A DNA stretch of 62,904 bases, the filler included, from Octopus bimaculoides (Eukaryota), in NCBI RefSeq assembly GCF_001194135.2. It is 7 parts of 6 records of this genome, joined end to end, with 100 filler letters (N's around TTAATTAATTAA, not from the genome) between each part and the next. Parts side by side here need not be neighbours in the genome. Positions count along the whole stretch, not along the records: positions 15,147 to 30,835 come from NC_068990.1; positions 30,936 to 49,137 come from NC_068990.1; 5 more parts are not named here. The stretch is one strand, 5' to 3'. The notes beneath the pieces were generated by a model. That model was not told the origin of the DNA, ran no database searches, and saw only the letters and a list, made by a program, of their open reading frames with translations. Positions 24,936 through 36,858 of this stretch are shown one piece after another. The position numbers and the translations under genes were made by a program. Position 1 is the first letter of the stretch. Every line of letters starts with the position of its first letter.

Positions 24936-25470
24936 TTAAATATAGAATATAAACATAGTGTAGAGTAATTATTATGAACAGGTAAAATCTCTTACAGCTG
25001 TTTCTAAAATAACCAAGTGTGTGGATCATGATATTGGGCAGTATTCCACATAAGCTAAGTATTCCATCATGGAGAGAGAGAGAGAAGTAAGAAAATATAG
25101 AAATGAAGAATATCCCCAGTCGAGGATATTGCTACTTTCCAGTTCATCGAGAAATGAAGGAAAGACCAGAATGAAAGGCATATGTGTTTGGTAGTTCTAT
25201 GATCAAAGAATTAATAGAGTTATAGGTAAAAGATAAAGTCCATTAGCAGTTCCATAGGTGGAGATTTGATGATAATCTATGACAAAGGATAATGGAATAT
25301 GATAGTTCCATTTTTGAACAGAGAATGAATTAGGATTGAGTTGGAATAATATACTACCGTTCGAAGGAAAATAAGAATGGCAGATGCATGGGAGTAGATA
25401 GAGACTAGTCGGTACAGTAAGGGCGTGTTTGGTGAAAGGGGTTACTGGATATATACACACACACACACAC

Positions 25471-25511
<41 letters not shown>

Positions 25512-25797
25512 NNNNNNNNNNNNNNNNNNNNNNNNNNNNNNNNNNNNNNNNNNNNNNNNNNNNNNNNNNNNNNNNNNNNNNNNNNNNNNNNNNNNNNNNN
25601 NNNNNNNNNNNNNNNNNNNNNNNNNNNNNNNNNNNNNNNNNNNNNNNNNNNNNNNNNNNNNNNNNNNNNNNNNNNNNNNNNNNNNNNNNNNNNNNNNNNN
25701 NNNNNNNNNNNNNNNNNNNNNNNNNNNNNNNNNNNNNNNNNNNNNNNNNNNNNNNNNNNNNNNNNNNNNNNNNNNNNNNNNNNNNNNNNNNNNNNNN

Positions 25798-25861
<64 letters not shown>

Positions 25862-26210
25862 CTGTACACACACATGCACACACACGCACGCACGCACACA
25901 CACATACACACACACACACACATACACACGTACACACATGTATTGAACCTTCCTTAAGTGGAAAAGTTATTTAGTTTAAACAATTGTCTTAGAAATGTAT
26001 AAACTATAAATGAACATGATAGTAATAAAATGACATAAAATACAATAAACATCAGATGGCTGAAGTATAAAATACAAATACATATTTTATATAATTTATT
26101 GACAGTAAACTATGTAAAAAATAAGATCTTAATACTGTAAATTGTTGTTTGTGATCGATGACTGATGAATTTGATGTAGAGGACTTGGAGGTAGAAGAGT
26201 TAATTTGTTA

Positions 26211-26360
26211 TTATGAATTAGTAGAGATATAATGCTGCACTGGTCCTTGTGCCTCACTTATAGAAATCTGAGACAACTGAAGAGAGACTGAGTCAAAAAC
26301 GGGTGGAACATCAATAGTACCACTATGTAATGAGAGATGCAGCTGGCCAGGTGGTACTGG
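26211..26360 (-). CDS. Candidate 3'-terminal coding exon of an unidentified host gene
   Basis: tctaattttcag-like acceptor (tctaattttcaag|), 49 open codons PVPPGQLHLSLHSGTIDVPPVFDSVSLQLSQISISEAQGPVQHYISTNS then TAA, AATAAA ~110 nt downstream (26095-26100). No homology recognised. Confidence 0.3.
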   Translation of the reverse strand, partial: PVPPGQLHLSLHSGTIDVPPVFDSVSLQLSQISISEAQGPVQHYISTNS

Positions 26361-26457
26361 CTTGAAAAATTAGATGAATTATTGTTCATTACTTGTTCAT
26401 GCTAATTCTGGATAATGACTTCCCTTAATCCTTTAGCATTCAGATTGTTTTGTCAAA

Positions 26458-26944
26458 AGGGCGGCAATCTGGCAGAATCATTAGCATACCTGGCAAAATG
26501 TTCAACGGTATTTCGTCCATCTTCATGTTCTGAGTTCAAATTCTGCTGATGTCGACTTTGCCTTTCATGTTTTCAGGATCTTTAAAATAAGCACCAGGCA
26601 AGCACTGGAGTCGAAGTAATTGACTTCTTTCCCTTCCTGCCAAATTTCAGGCCTTGTGCCTATAGTAGAAAAGATTATTTGTAGCTTTATCCACTTCGAG
26701 TTCCACGATTGATAACAATATTTTAAAAAGGTGGTGAGCTGACAGAAACGTTAGCACATTGGGCAAAATGCTTTGCGGTATTTCATGTCTTTATATTCTG
26801 ATTTCAAATTCCACCGAGGTCAACTTTGCTTTTCATCTTTTCAGGGGTCGATAAATTAAGTACCAGTTGCATACTGAGGTCAATCTAATCGACTGGCCCT
26901 CTCCCTCAAAATTTCAGGCCTTGCGCCTAGAATAGAAAAGATTA
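26458..26944 (+). mobile_element. Two tandem SINE family A copies within one 10-bp direct repeat
   Basis: Copies 26458-26680 and ~26728-26944; TTTTGTCAAA at 26448-26457 and 26945-26954. Confidence 0.85.
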
Positions 26945-26984
26945 TTTTGTCAAATGCTATGCTTATATTTTCTTTCATTTTTCT

Positions 26985-27160
26985 CTCTTACTTCTTTCAG
27001 TCATTTTACTTTGGCCATGGTGGGGCACCACCTTGAAGGGTTTTAGTAAGACAAATCGATTCCAGAAATTTTTTTATTAGGCTTAGTTTATCAGTATGTT
27101 TTGCTGAACCACTAAGTTACATGGATGTAAACACACTAACACCAGTTGTCAAATACCTGT
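26985..27160 (-). mobile_element. SINE family B, 3' fragment
   Basis: ttcagtcattt..ggccatggtggggcacc..gctgaaccactaagttac. Confidence 0.7.
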
Positions 27161-27368
27161 AGAAGTATATACCAACTTTAATATACAAGGAACTATACTA
27201 CATATCTTCACTGACTAAATGGTACCAACTTTCAAGACACTGATGGTCTGGAACCTCTTATAATTTCACTAATTTATGAACAGGAACTTCAAATTCCCAT
27301 AGCTGCCAGACTAGTTTATTGCAAGCTTGCACAGACTACTACTCTGTACAGATAAGTATTACTTTACT

Positions 27369-27658
27369 TTTAAGTTTATCTTCAAAGATTTTCTATTAAA
27401 TTCAGAGCTAGAACTGCAAATCACATTTCACCACTAAACTTAGTGAGTATTTAAGCAATGTGTTCATGGATAGTTAATGTGTTGGATGTGGTACTGACGA
27501 AAGAGCAACAACTCTTGAAATATGCATATACACTCATCACCTATTTTTTTCTATCTTTGACATTGTTTACATAGATGTATTCATATTTCTATACAAAACA
27601 TTATAACTTGGAGTGCTAGCTCTGAATTCTATAGAAAATCTATGGAGATAAACTTAAA
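27369..27658. mobile_element. ~290-bp foldback element (Penelope pLTR-like / retrozyme-like)
   Basis: Arms 27369-27421 and 27606-27658 are inverted copies (46/53 by my count); a hammerhead core lies in the loop. Confidence 0.65.
27485..27538 (+). ncRNA. Minimal type-I hammerhead ribozyme
   Basis: GTA-CTGACGA-AAGAG-caacaa-CTCTT-GAAA-TATGCAT-A-TAC: complete CUGANGA/GAAA core, 5-bp stem II, short stem III in palindromic ATATGCATAT, AUA triplet, stem I GTA/TAC plus GATG/CATC. Activity untested. Confidence 0.65.
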
Positions 27659-28258
27659 GAGAGAACATTGCACTTCTAACACAAAAAGTAAGACACAGTA
27701 TTGACTTGTAAACTTTTTGATATAGTTAGTGGTATATTAAGGTTGCAAAATGAAATATTGTGTCATTATCAGTAATTAGTAAGTACAGTATTATTAAACT
27801 TATATGATTTACACTAATGTACAGGTACCTGTATTTCATTTAATTATTAAAATAAATTTGAAATTTGTTTAATTTAGAGTGTTGACCAAGGTCAGTGACC
27901 TCCCCTGGTTTGGAACAACCACAAACCTGGAATAGTCTTAATGCCAAAGCTTNNNNNNNNNNNNNNNNNNNNNNNNNNNNNNNNNNNNNNNNNNNNNNNN
28001 NNNNNNNNNNNNNNNNNNNNNNNNNNNNNNNNNNNNNNNNNNNNNNNNNNNNNNNNNNNNNNNNNNNNNNNNNNNNNNNNNNNNNNNNNNNNNNNNNNNN
28101 NNNNNNNNNNNNNNNNNNNNNNNNNNNNNNNNNNNNNNNNNNNNNNNNNNNNNNNNNNNNNNNNNNNNNNNNNNNNNNNNNNNNNNNNNNNNNNNNNNNN
28201 NNNNNNNNNNNNNNNNNNNNNNNNNNNNNNNNNNNNNNNNNNNNNNNNNNNNNNNNNN

Positions 28259-28314
<56 letters not shown>

Positions 28315-28345
28315 TGTCATGTACACAATATATGTAAAATCAGAT

Positions 28346-28450
28346 CTACTAATTGTTTCTTGCCATAGAGTCACTGAGATTCAGCAAATTATATCATGTG
28401 CCTTAAATCTGCCTAATCTCAGTGTCTCTATGGCAAGAAACTATTAGTAG
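28346..28450. repeat. Near-perfect inverted repeat (36-bp stem, 33-nt loop)
   Basis: 28346-28381 pairs with 28415-28450, 34/36 Watson-Crick. Confidence 0.9.
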
Positions 28451-28537
28451 CTCATATTTTAGTACAGTGTATATTAAATGGTATTTATCTCTCACTGGAT
28501 GGCATGCTTTTCTTTTGTCAATCTTACCTTAAAAAAA

Positions 28538-28641
28538 CAAAAGTCTTCGTTTTTGCATGCTAAATCCGGAAATATCTCCGCAGAAAAATGTTTCTGCATT
28601 GAATATATATAGGATGTAGCGTGCAAAAATGAAGACTTTTG
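28538..28641. repeat. Near-perfect inverted repeat (30-bp stem) with a nested 7-bp hairpin
   Basis: 28538-28567 pairs with 28612-28641: 27 WC, 2 G:U (plus strand), 1 mismatch; inner GCAGAAA/TTTCTGC. Confidence 0.9.
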
Positions 28642-28649
28642 AATCTTAC

Positions 28650-28715
28650 CATAAATATAATTTAATAGAACCGTACACACGTGCTCCACTTGTGGTGTAC
28701 AACTAGTGTGCAATC
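28650..28715 (-). CDS. Weak candidate internal exon (66 nt, phase 1-1)
   Basis: ttacag|...|gtaagatt with one open frame (LHTSCTPQVEHVCTVLLNYIY). Weak polypyrimidine tract, no homology recognised. Confidence 0.2.
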
Positions 28716-28975
28716 CTGTAAATTGTATTTATCCAACAGTCTGTACTGATGAGAAACAGATATTTTCAGTAAGAAAGTATTAATTTTGAAACATGTTTAC
28801 AGATAACTGTATTCTTTTATGTAATTTTCACTGTTCTTGCCTGTTTACGTTTTTGTTACTTCGCTAAATTCCCTTTGAGAATTATTCGGTCTTAGTAGAC
28901 ACATGATATGTGATCTTCTTCTAGCACATTAGCAGTCCACCTAGTGGCCTCCTTTATATATATTTTTATATATAC

Positions 28976-29008
<33 letters not shown>

Positions 29009-29823
29009 NNNNNNNNNNNNNNNNNNNNNNNNNNNNNNNNNNNNNNNNNNNNNNNNNNNNNNNNNNNNNNNNNNNNNNNNNNNNNNNNNNNNNNNNNNNN
29101 NNNNNNNNNNNNNNNNNNNNNNNNNNNNNNNNNNNNNNNNNNNNNNNNNNNNNNNNNNNNNNNNNNNNNNNNNNNNNNNNNNNNNNNNNNNNNNNNNNNN
29201 NNNNNNNNNNNNNNNNNNNNNNNNNNNNNNNNNNNNNNNNNNNNNNNNNNNNNNNNNNNNNNNNNNNNNNNNNNNNNNNNNNNNNNNNNNNNNNNNNNNN
29301 NNNNNNNNNNNNNNNNNNNNNNNNNNNNNNNNNNNNNNNNNNNNNNNNNNNNNNNNNNNNNNNNNNNNNNNNNNNNNNNNNNNNNNNNNNNNNNNNNNNN
29401 NNNNNNNNNNNNNNNNNNNNNNNNNNNNNNNNNNNNNNNNNNNNNNNNNNNNNNNNNNNNNNNNNNNNNNNNNNNNNNNNNNNNNNNNNNNNNNNNNNNN
29501 NNNNNNNNNNNNNNNNNNNNNNNNNNNNNNNNNNNNNNNNNNNNNNNNNNNNNNNNNNNNNNNNNNNNNNNNNNNNNNNNNNNNNNNNNNNNNNNNNNNN
29601 NNNNNNNNNNNNNNNNNNNNNNNNNNNNNNNNNNNNNNNNNNNNNNNNNNNNNNNNNNNNNNNNNNNNNNNNNNNNNNNNNNNNNNNNNNNNNNNNNNNN
29701 NNNNNNNNNNNNNNNNNNNNNNNNNNNNNNNNNNNNNNNNNNNNNNNNNNNNNNNNNNNNNNNNNNNNNNNNNNNNNNNNNNNNNNNNNNNNNNNNNNNN
29801 NNNNNNNNNNNNNNNNNNNNNNN

Positions 29824-29868
<45 letters not shown>

Positions 29869-30835
29869 TGGCTGAGTGGTACCTGTCTGGTATGATGGTT
29901 ATGAGGTAATATAAAATTGTGGACTGATGCTATCTTGGTCATGAAATCGTGATATTAAGCATCATATATGCAATGATAAGAAAAGAAACTGAATGAGAGA
30001 TAGATGGCATAAAACAATTTTCTACAAAATATCACGAGTTCATTACTTCCTGGCTTATTGCTAAATTACCGTGTGAACTGTTAAAATCACTAGGTTATAA
30101 TTCACATGACTAATTCAGTTCTTTTCTTTGTAATGATTTTTTTGTTTTGCTCTGTACTTTTGTTTTATGCATTAGTTTTTTGCTTTTTCTGAGATGACAT
30201 GTCACATGTTAGAGATATCAGCATGTCTCTTTCAAGTTATTTTGTTCTATCATATATTTGTTTATTCTTCATATNNNNNNNNNNTATATAAATATTTATT
30301 TATTTATATATATAGACAAACAGACAGACAAATAGATAGATAGATAGATAGATGTGTATGTGAGCTTGTGTGTGTGTGTGTGTGTGTGCAATATCTCTAT
30401 GTACATTCATATACATACTGAAAATATATGATATAGTTCCTAGACCAGGAGCAATCATTGAATAAAGAGCAGAAGACATATCTGCATCGTGTATGCTGTT
30501 ATTAAATTTCTCAAAATTGTTTGTTTATGAAAACTTCCAAAGTAAGATTTCTTCAGTTGATAATTTAAGAAATTATACAGGATTATAAACATCCACATTC
30601 TACAAACATTCATATTCTATACACTCCACACACATTACATGTGTCTGTATGCATTGATATATAGATAGATAAAGAGATAGATTAGTTGATAATGATATCC
30701 TATAACTACTCATACATATATCCAGAAATATGTACATAAACAACAAAAATAGATAACTCATAAACATTTACATAAACACTTATATTACTATGTGTTATCT
30801 TTAGTATACAAGAAATCATACAGAATATATATATA

Positions 30836-30935
30836 NNNNNNNNNNNNNNNNNNNNNNNNNNNNNNNNNNNNNNNNNNNNTTAATTAATTAANNNNNNNNN
30901 NNNNNNNNNNNNNNNNNNNNNNNNNNNNNNNNNNN
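30836..30935. other. Artificial join: 44N-TTAATTAATTAA-44N
   Basis: 12-mer at 30880-30891. Confidence 0.95.
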
Positions 30936-31160
30936 GTAATATTGAAATCTGGGGACTGTGGTGGCCAGATAAGATGTTCAACTTCACTAGAATGTTCCTT
31001 GTGCCATTCAGTAACAACTTTAGCTGTGTGAATTGGTGCATTATCATCCTGAAAGATTGCGTTTCCCTCTGGAAACAGTTCCGCATCCATAGGATGAATT
31101 TGATCAGATAAAATGCTTAAATAGTCTTGTTTATTAACTATGCCATGAAAGGAAACCATT
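30936..31160 (-). mobile_element. Tc1-family transposase catalytic fragment
   Basis: DYLSILSDQIHPM..IFQDDNAPIHTAKVVTEW..WPPQSPDFNI. Confidence 0.85.
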
Positions 31161-31209
31161 GGGCAGGTGGATTTCCAAGGTATAGCCCCCACCCCTCACA
31201 CATAGGCCA

Positions 31210-31505
31210 GGCATAGGTGTGTCTGTGTGATAAGGAGCTTGCTTCCCAATCATGATTCCAGGTTCAGTCTCACTGCATGGCACCTTGGGCAAGTGTCTTC
31301 TACTATAGCCTCAGGCTGACCAAAGCCTTATGAGTGGATTTGGTAGATGGAAACTGAAAGAAGCCTGTTGTATATATTTATATGCATATATTCATGTGTT
31401 TGTGCTCCACGATCACTTGATAACCAGTGTCGGTGTGTTTATGTCCCAATAACTTAGCATTTTGGCAAAAGAAACCAGTAGAATATGTACTAAGGCTTAC
31501 AAAGA
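31210..31505 (+). mobile_element. SINE family B
   Basis: ggttcagtctcactgcatggcaccttgggcaagtgtcttctactatagcc..caaagccttatgagtggatttggtagatggaaactg. Confidence 0.85.
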
Positions 31506-31509
31506 ATAT

Positions 31510-31551
<42 letters not shown>

Positions 31552-31824
31552 TCAAAGGACACACTAAAGTGTCTGTATACTGTTCAATTTGTTATTTTCA
31601 GTGTAAATATTTTTTGGTGGTCCGAATGAGGGTTTTAACTCTTATTTCTAGCGGGTAGACACTTTGTGTCCTTTGATTAATGTAATTTTAATTCTATAGC
31701 TATATAATGCTGATTTAGGCCTGCAACCACCTATATCAATATTGTTATTATAAACTATTTGTCTTGCCTTCGATAATAATAGCAGTATTAATATCTATAC
31801 AAATATTTGCTTCTGAATAAATAA

Positions 31825-31887
<63 letters not shown>

Positions 31888-32247
31888 CATATATCAATCA
31901 TTTGTTCATCTTTTTTTATGCCTGCTTATGCCATACTGGTGCTGGTTGTGTAGGTTAATTTCAGTACAGACTCTCCACATATCATAATCCTTTGTTCAGT
32001 ACTGTCTTAAGACAGTAGGCACTTGCCTATAACCCCACAAGTCTATGGGTCCCACAAGTCTAGGAATTCAATTGTCCTGCTGTCAAATAAATACTATGGA
32101 GCCCAGATTTGCCTGTAGCCCTATTAATACTTCTGAGGCAACCCTGCCTTTGTCATCTTGTGAGGCTACTTTGGCTTAGATCTTTCACTTCTACAGATAC
32201 TTTCCACTTTGTGAATTTTTTAAGCAACTGTCATTTTTCATTTACAT

Positions 32248-32291
<44 letters not shown>

Positions 32292-32477
32292 CACATACAC
32301 ACACACACATTTATATATGTATTTTTCAGTTATTTCCTGTTGTTAAAAATTTAAACAATATGTGTGTATGCTTGTAAGTTCACTTTTTGTTATTTATTAG
32401 AATTCTTCTGAGAAGGAAAGCCGGGGTTTTTTTAACATCTTATAGTTACATAACATACTAAAACTTCATTATTAACT

Positions 32478-33160
32478 TGGTGGGAGGGGGTCAGTCGATT
32501 ACATCGACCCCAGTATGCAGCTGGTACTTAATTTATTGACCCTGAAAGGAAAAGGGCAAAGTTGACCTTGGCGGAATTTGAACTCAGAAGTAAAGACAGA
32601 TGAAATACCGCTTAGCATTTAGCCTGGCATGCTGACAATTCTGCCAACTTGCTAACTTGTTGTTCTTCATAATGATAAGCAACCTGTTTAATTACTTGCA
32701 CTGCAACAGGCAGAGTTATGTACCTTATTAGTTGTAATATTTTTCTGCTACAGGCATAAGCACTGAAATTTTAGTGAATAACATTGACTTCAGTATGTGA
32801 CTGGTACTTTATTTTATCAATGTTCTAAGGATGTAAGGCAAAGTTGACTTTGGTGGAATTTGAGCTCAGAAATGCTGCTAAGCATTTTCTCTGATGTGCT
32901 GATGATTTTGCCAGCTCGTCCACTGCCTTATTAGTAGTTGTAATACTGGTTACAAATTTTGGCACAAGGCCAGCAATTTCAAGGGAGGAGTCTAGTTGAT
33001 AATATCAACCCCAGTGCTCAACTGGTACTTATTTTATTGACCTTGAAAGGATGAAAGGCAGAGTTGACTTTGGCAGAATTTGAACTCAGAACATGAAGAC
33101 GGACAAAATTTCTCTAAGCATTTATTCCTGGTGTGCTAACAGTTCTGCCAGCTCACTGAC
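32478..33160 (-). mobile_element. Cluster of three SINE family A copies
   Basis: Three successive ggcaaagttgac..gaatttgaactcagaa blocks (~32478-32655, 32750-32920, 32945-33160). Confidence 0.85.
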
Positions 33161-35473
33161 TTTTGTTGTTGTATTATCAAAATTTTAATTCATGTGGTTA
33201 GTTGTCCAGCATTAGACATTGCGGTGTTCATGCAACACATTTTTAAAGGCAAGCAGTGTGTATGTTTGATTAGCTTACAGGCACAACACAGTGGCTATAG
33301 TAGTAGTCATTAAATTTACAATAACAAGGTTAGTAGTAGTAGCAGCACAGCACCATAACACCTCAATATTCTTTGAGAAATAATCAAAGAATACCAACAT
33401 CCCAAAACTATATTTAGACCCAAACACAATTATGGAAGTTTTCACATAAACAAAACATTGAAACACCATCTGAACAACTAAGAAACAATAAATCTCTTTG
33501 CTTATATCAATAAATAAACAGTTTCATATAAACACAAAAACAATTATCTGTATTCAATTGAAGAAGTACAACCTTGTCACAACATCTTTTATCAGCATCA
33601 TCATCACTTCTGTTACCATTGTTATTGTAATTATCTTTTCTTTTTTTCTCTTCTTTGAGATCAAATGTTGGGTAATTGATAAATTAGGAAAGAAATCAGG
33701 CTTTATTTCATAGCAGTCCCTGATGTGAATCTCGATAGTCTTGTTTAATCTTTTATTTTATATTTAATATATTTCAGCTTTCAGCTCTTTCAATATCATT
33801 TTCTTCTTCTTAAGGCCTTTTTCTGAAGAATTTAATTTCTGTTTTGATTTTTACTTGGATATTTATTTGCATATAATATTTAAAGTTTGATGTTTTAGCA
33901 AGCTTTCAGCTAAATGGAATGATTGCCTGATATGGTTTCAAATTTGAAAATTATACATATTGTCAATTTTTGTGACACATTAAAAAAGAATGTAATGGTG
34001 AGGGTATGAGGTATGGGTATAACATCTGAATTATTAAATATTCTTCTTTGAGGAAGGTGGCTGGTTGAACACGTATGGTAATGTTACACAAAATGACTAG
34101 CAGCATCTAGTTTCCTGACTTGTAATTATGAGTTCAAACTCTCACCAGGCATTATTTTGTCTTTCGTATAGGGGTGGCTAAGTGGCGAAACAAATTAAAT
34201 ACCAGTAAAATACTAGGGTCAGGTTAATAAAAACTCTCTTGTTCTGAACAAAAATCAAAAGCAAAATTATGATTTGAAATTCTCCACCCTTTAAGAGTGC
34301 ACAAATACATTGAGGTAATTACAACCAACTCAAAATGAGAAGGGGAAATGTTTGCAAGAACCAAGAATTCTTCAAAATTGACAAAATTAAGGAAAAGACA
34401 ATTTGATTGTCTAGAGACAAGAACAGCTGAACAGATGAGGACAAATGTTTTTCTGTCTATTGACAATATCAGTACAGCAGTTTTTCTCCTTTGACTCCAA
34501 TGGATGTAAGACATTGTATGGATAGTAGGGTTTTCTCACTTTAGTGATATGTTCCTCTTCATGGACTCTATTACATTTCAATTAGCTAGTGAGTTACAGT
34601 GAATCTACCAGAAAGCCTGTGTTAGTGACAGAGGGAAAATACCGACTATTGTGGTAATTCTACATCAACTAACAAAGCCATCAGTTTTCAGCTCTTGTGA
34701 TAATAACATATCGCAGATAATATGGGATTATTTCAGTTGGATGTTATGATAAATATATTTAAACAAAATACAAATACTGAAAAAGAAATATCAGTTCTCC
34801 ATAAATCTAACAACAAAAATTTAAGTAAACATCCAGGGTGCAAAAATAAAGTCCTTCCTTCCCTTCGATATAATCTAAACATTTACTTCAACACAGATAT
34901 GGTAAATATAGGACAATTTTAAATGTGCTACTTTATTGAAGAGTAATTTCTAGAAAAAATACCTCAAACATGTGCTGTGTGGGTGTGTGTGTGTGCTTAC
35001 ACATGCACACTTGTATGACACAAACACATTTGGAGAAAGAGACTGTCACCTCCTCCGCTAAAAATCTACCAAAACAAATGGAAGTTTAATAATGATTGTA
35101 AAGAGTGTATCATGGAGGCAACAATTTTATTCTGGTGTTCTCTAGGATTACAGAAATCTTTCTTGTGAATTATGGTTATTAAGTAAAAGGAGATTTCATT
35201 GTAAACATATTTCTCACTTACTCGGAAAGTAACCCTATATTTCTTATCCCTTTTCCTAATCACTCCTTTACTACTCCATTTGTTCAGTTTTTATTTTTTA
35301 TTTTTCTTCTATTTCCCATCTCACATTTTCATCCGTTTACAACCATTTGCTTTTTACCTCCTCACCCCTCACTTTCTTTTCTCTTTTGCCCGGTTTACTT
35401 CTCTTCTCTTTCCCTACTCCATCTCTTCCTTCACACTTCATCCCTATACTCTTCTTTAACTTTTATGCATGTA

Positions 35474-35777
35474 TACAAGGGGGCGCTGAAAAGTCCCTGG
35501 CTTTGAGTAAAAGAAAATACAGGAGGATCAGTTAATCACGATTTTATTCTGCATATTCCCCTGTCAGATTCACTCACTCACTGCAGCAGTCTTTCAGTTT
35601 TTCTGAGCCCTTTAGAAGAACTCAGAATGTTGGGCCTCCAACCAGGAACTTTTCAGCACCCACTCGTATGTATGTATGTTTTTCTAAGCCCTGTAAAGGA
35701 ACTTGGAAGGTTGGGCCTCCAACTAGGCCTTTCGTGATACCCTTAAAGCCAGGAACTTTTCAGCCCCCCCCCCCTTA
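35474..35777. mobile_element. mariner-type MITE with a duplicated right end
   Basis: TA-caagggggcgctgaaaagtccctggcttt; inverted copies at 35642-35666 (then TA) and 35745-35775 (then TA). Confidence 0.75.
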
Positions 35778-36352
35778 TGTATGTGCTATACATGTGTGTA
35801 CATGTAACTATGCAGTCCTATTTCCCTTGCTCTACTAAATGGAATTGTCTTTTTAAATCCTCCACCCTCCTCCAGTATTTCTGGTTCTGTTTAATCATTT
35901 CAGAATTAAATGGAATGTTCTAGTTAAAAAGTTTAGAATTTAAATAACTTTTGGACATCAAATATTTCTGTGGAAACTGGAATAGAAATGGAAAGTTGAA
36001 AATTATAAGAAAAAACAAATACACACACACACACGCCATTTACATACTCACACTACTTACAAATACACACACACACACACACACACACACAATCTGTAAA
36101 AATCAAGAAAGTTTCATTCAATTGCAATGTTTGTGTGTGATTATATGTTTGCATATGCTCATGTATGTGTGTGTAAATATGTACATATACATCTGATTTA
36201 GTGTGCATAAGAATATTTATTCAATATGTGTGAATGCCTACATACATACATACATAGACATTCAATGTGTGTATATTGTATAAAATCCAAATGAAGTTGT
36301 TTCACTCACTGATAAAAGCAAATAAGATAAAATTTATTTTGATTTCACTGAA

Positions 36353-36353
<1 letters not shown>

Positions 36354-36421
<68 letters not shown>

Positions 36422-36480
36422 TATTATTATTGTTGCTGTTGTTATTAGTCGTCTTTTACTGTTATTATTACTATTATTAT
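36354..36480. repeat. (ATT)n microsatellite
   Basis: Read directly. Confidence 0.95.
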
Positions 36481-36793
36481 TAGTTTTATTGTACTGTTCT
36501 CTGTCTTCGGCCCTTGTGGCCAATAAAAGAAATCATTATTATTTATTTATATGTGTTTAATTTTGGTGATTTTTTTTTTCTTATTTTCTTTCATTTCTTG
36601 CCATTAATCATCAAATCAAATCAATTCTGAATGTCATTTATGTTTGTATATCAAAGAATTCTTCTTCTACTTCTTTCTTTTTCTTTGTTTTCTTTTTGTT
36701 CTTCTTCCCAATTCTGTGTTATTGGAATCCATGCGTGGAGAAACTGCAAGTAAATGCAATATGTAAGATTATCTACACAAATAATATATACAC

Positions 36794-36858
<65 letters not shown>

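Noticed and set aside
28745-28775. Hammerhead at CTGATGA-GAAA..TTTC
   Set aside because: The stem is not followed by GAAA, and stems I and III are absent.
33640-34500. hAT transposase remnant (DFFPNLSI on minus; RKRQFD..RTNVF on plus)
   Set aside because: Only two short motif resemblances on opposite strands, with many stops; needs a profile search.
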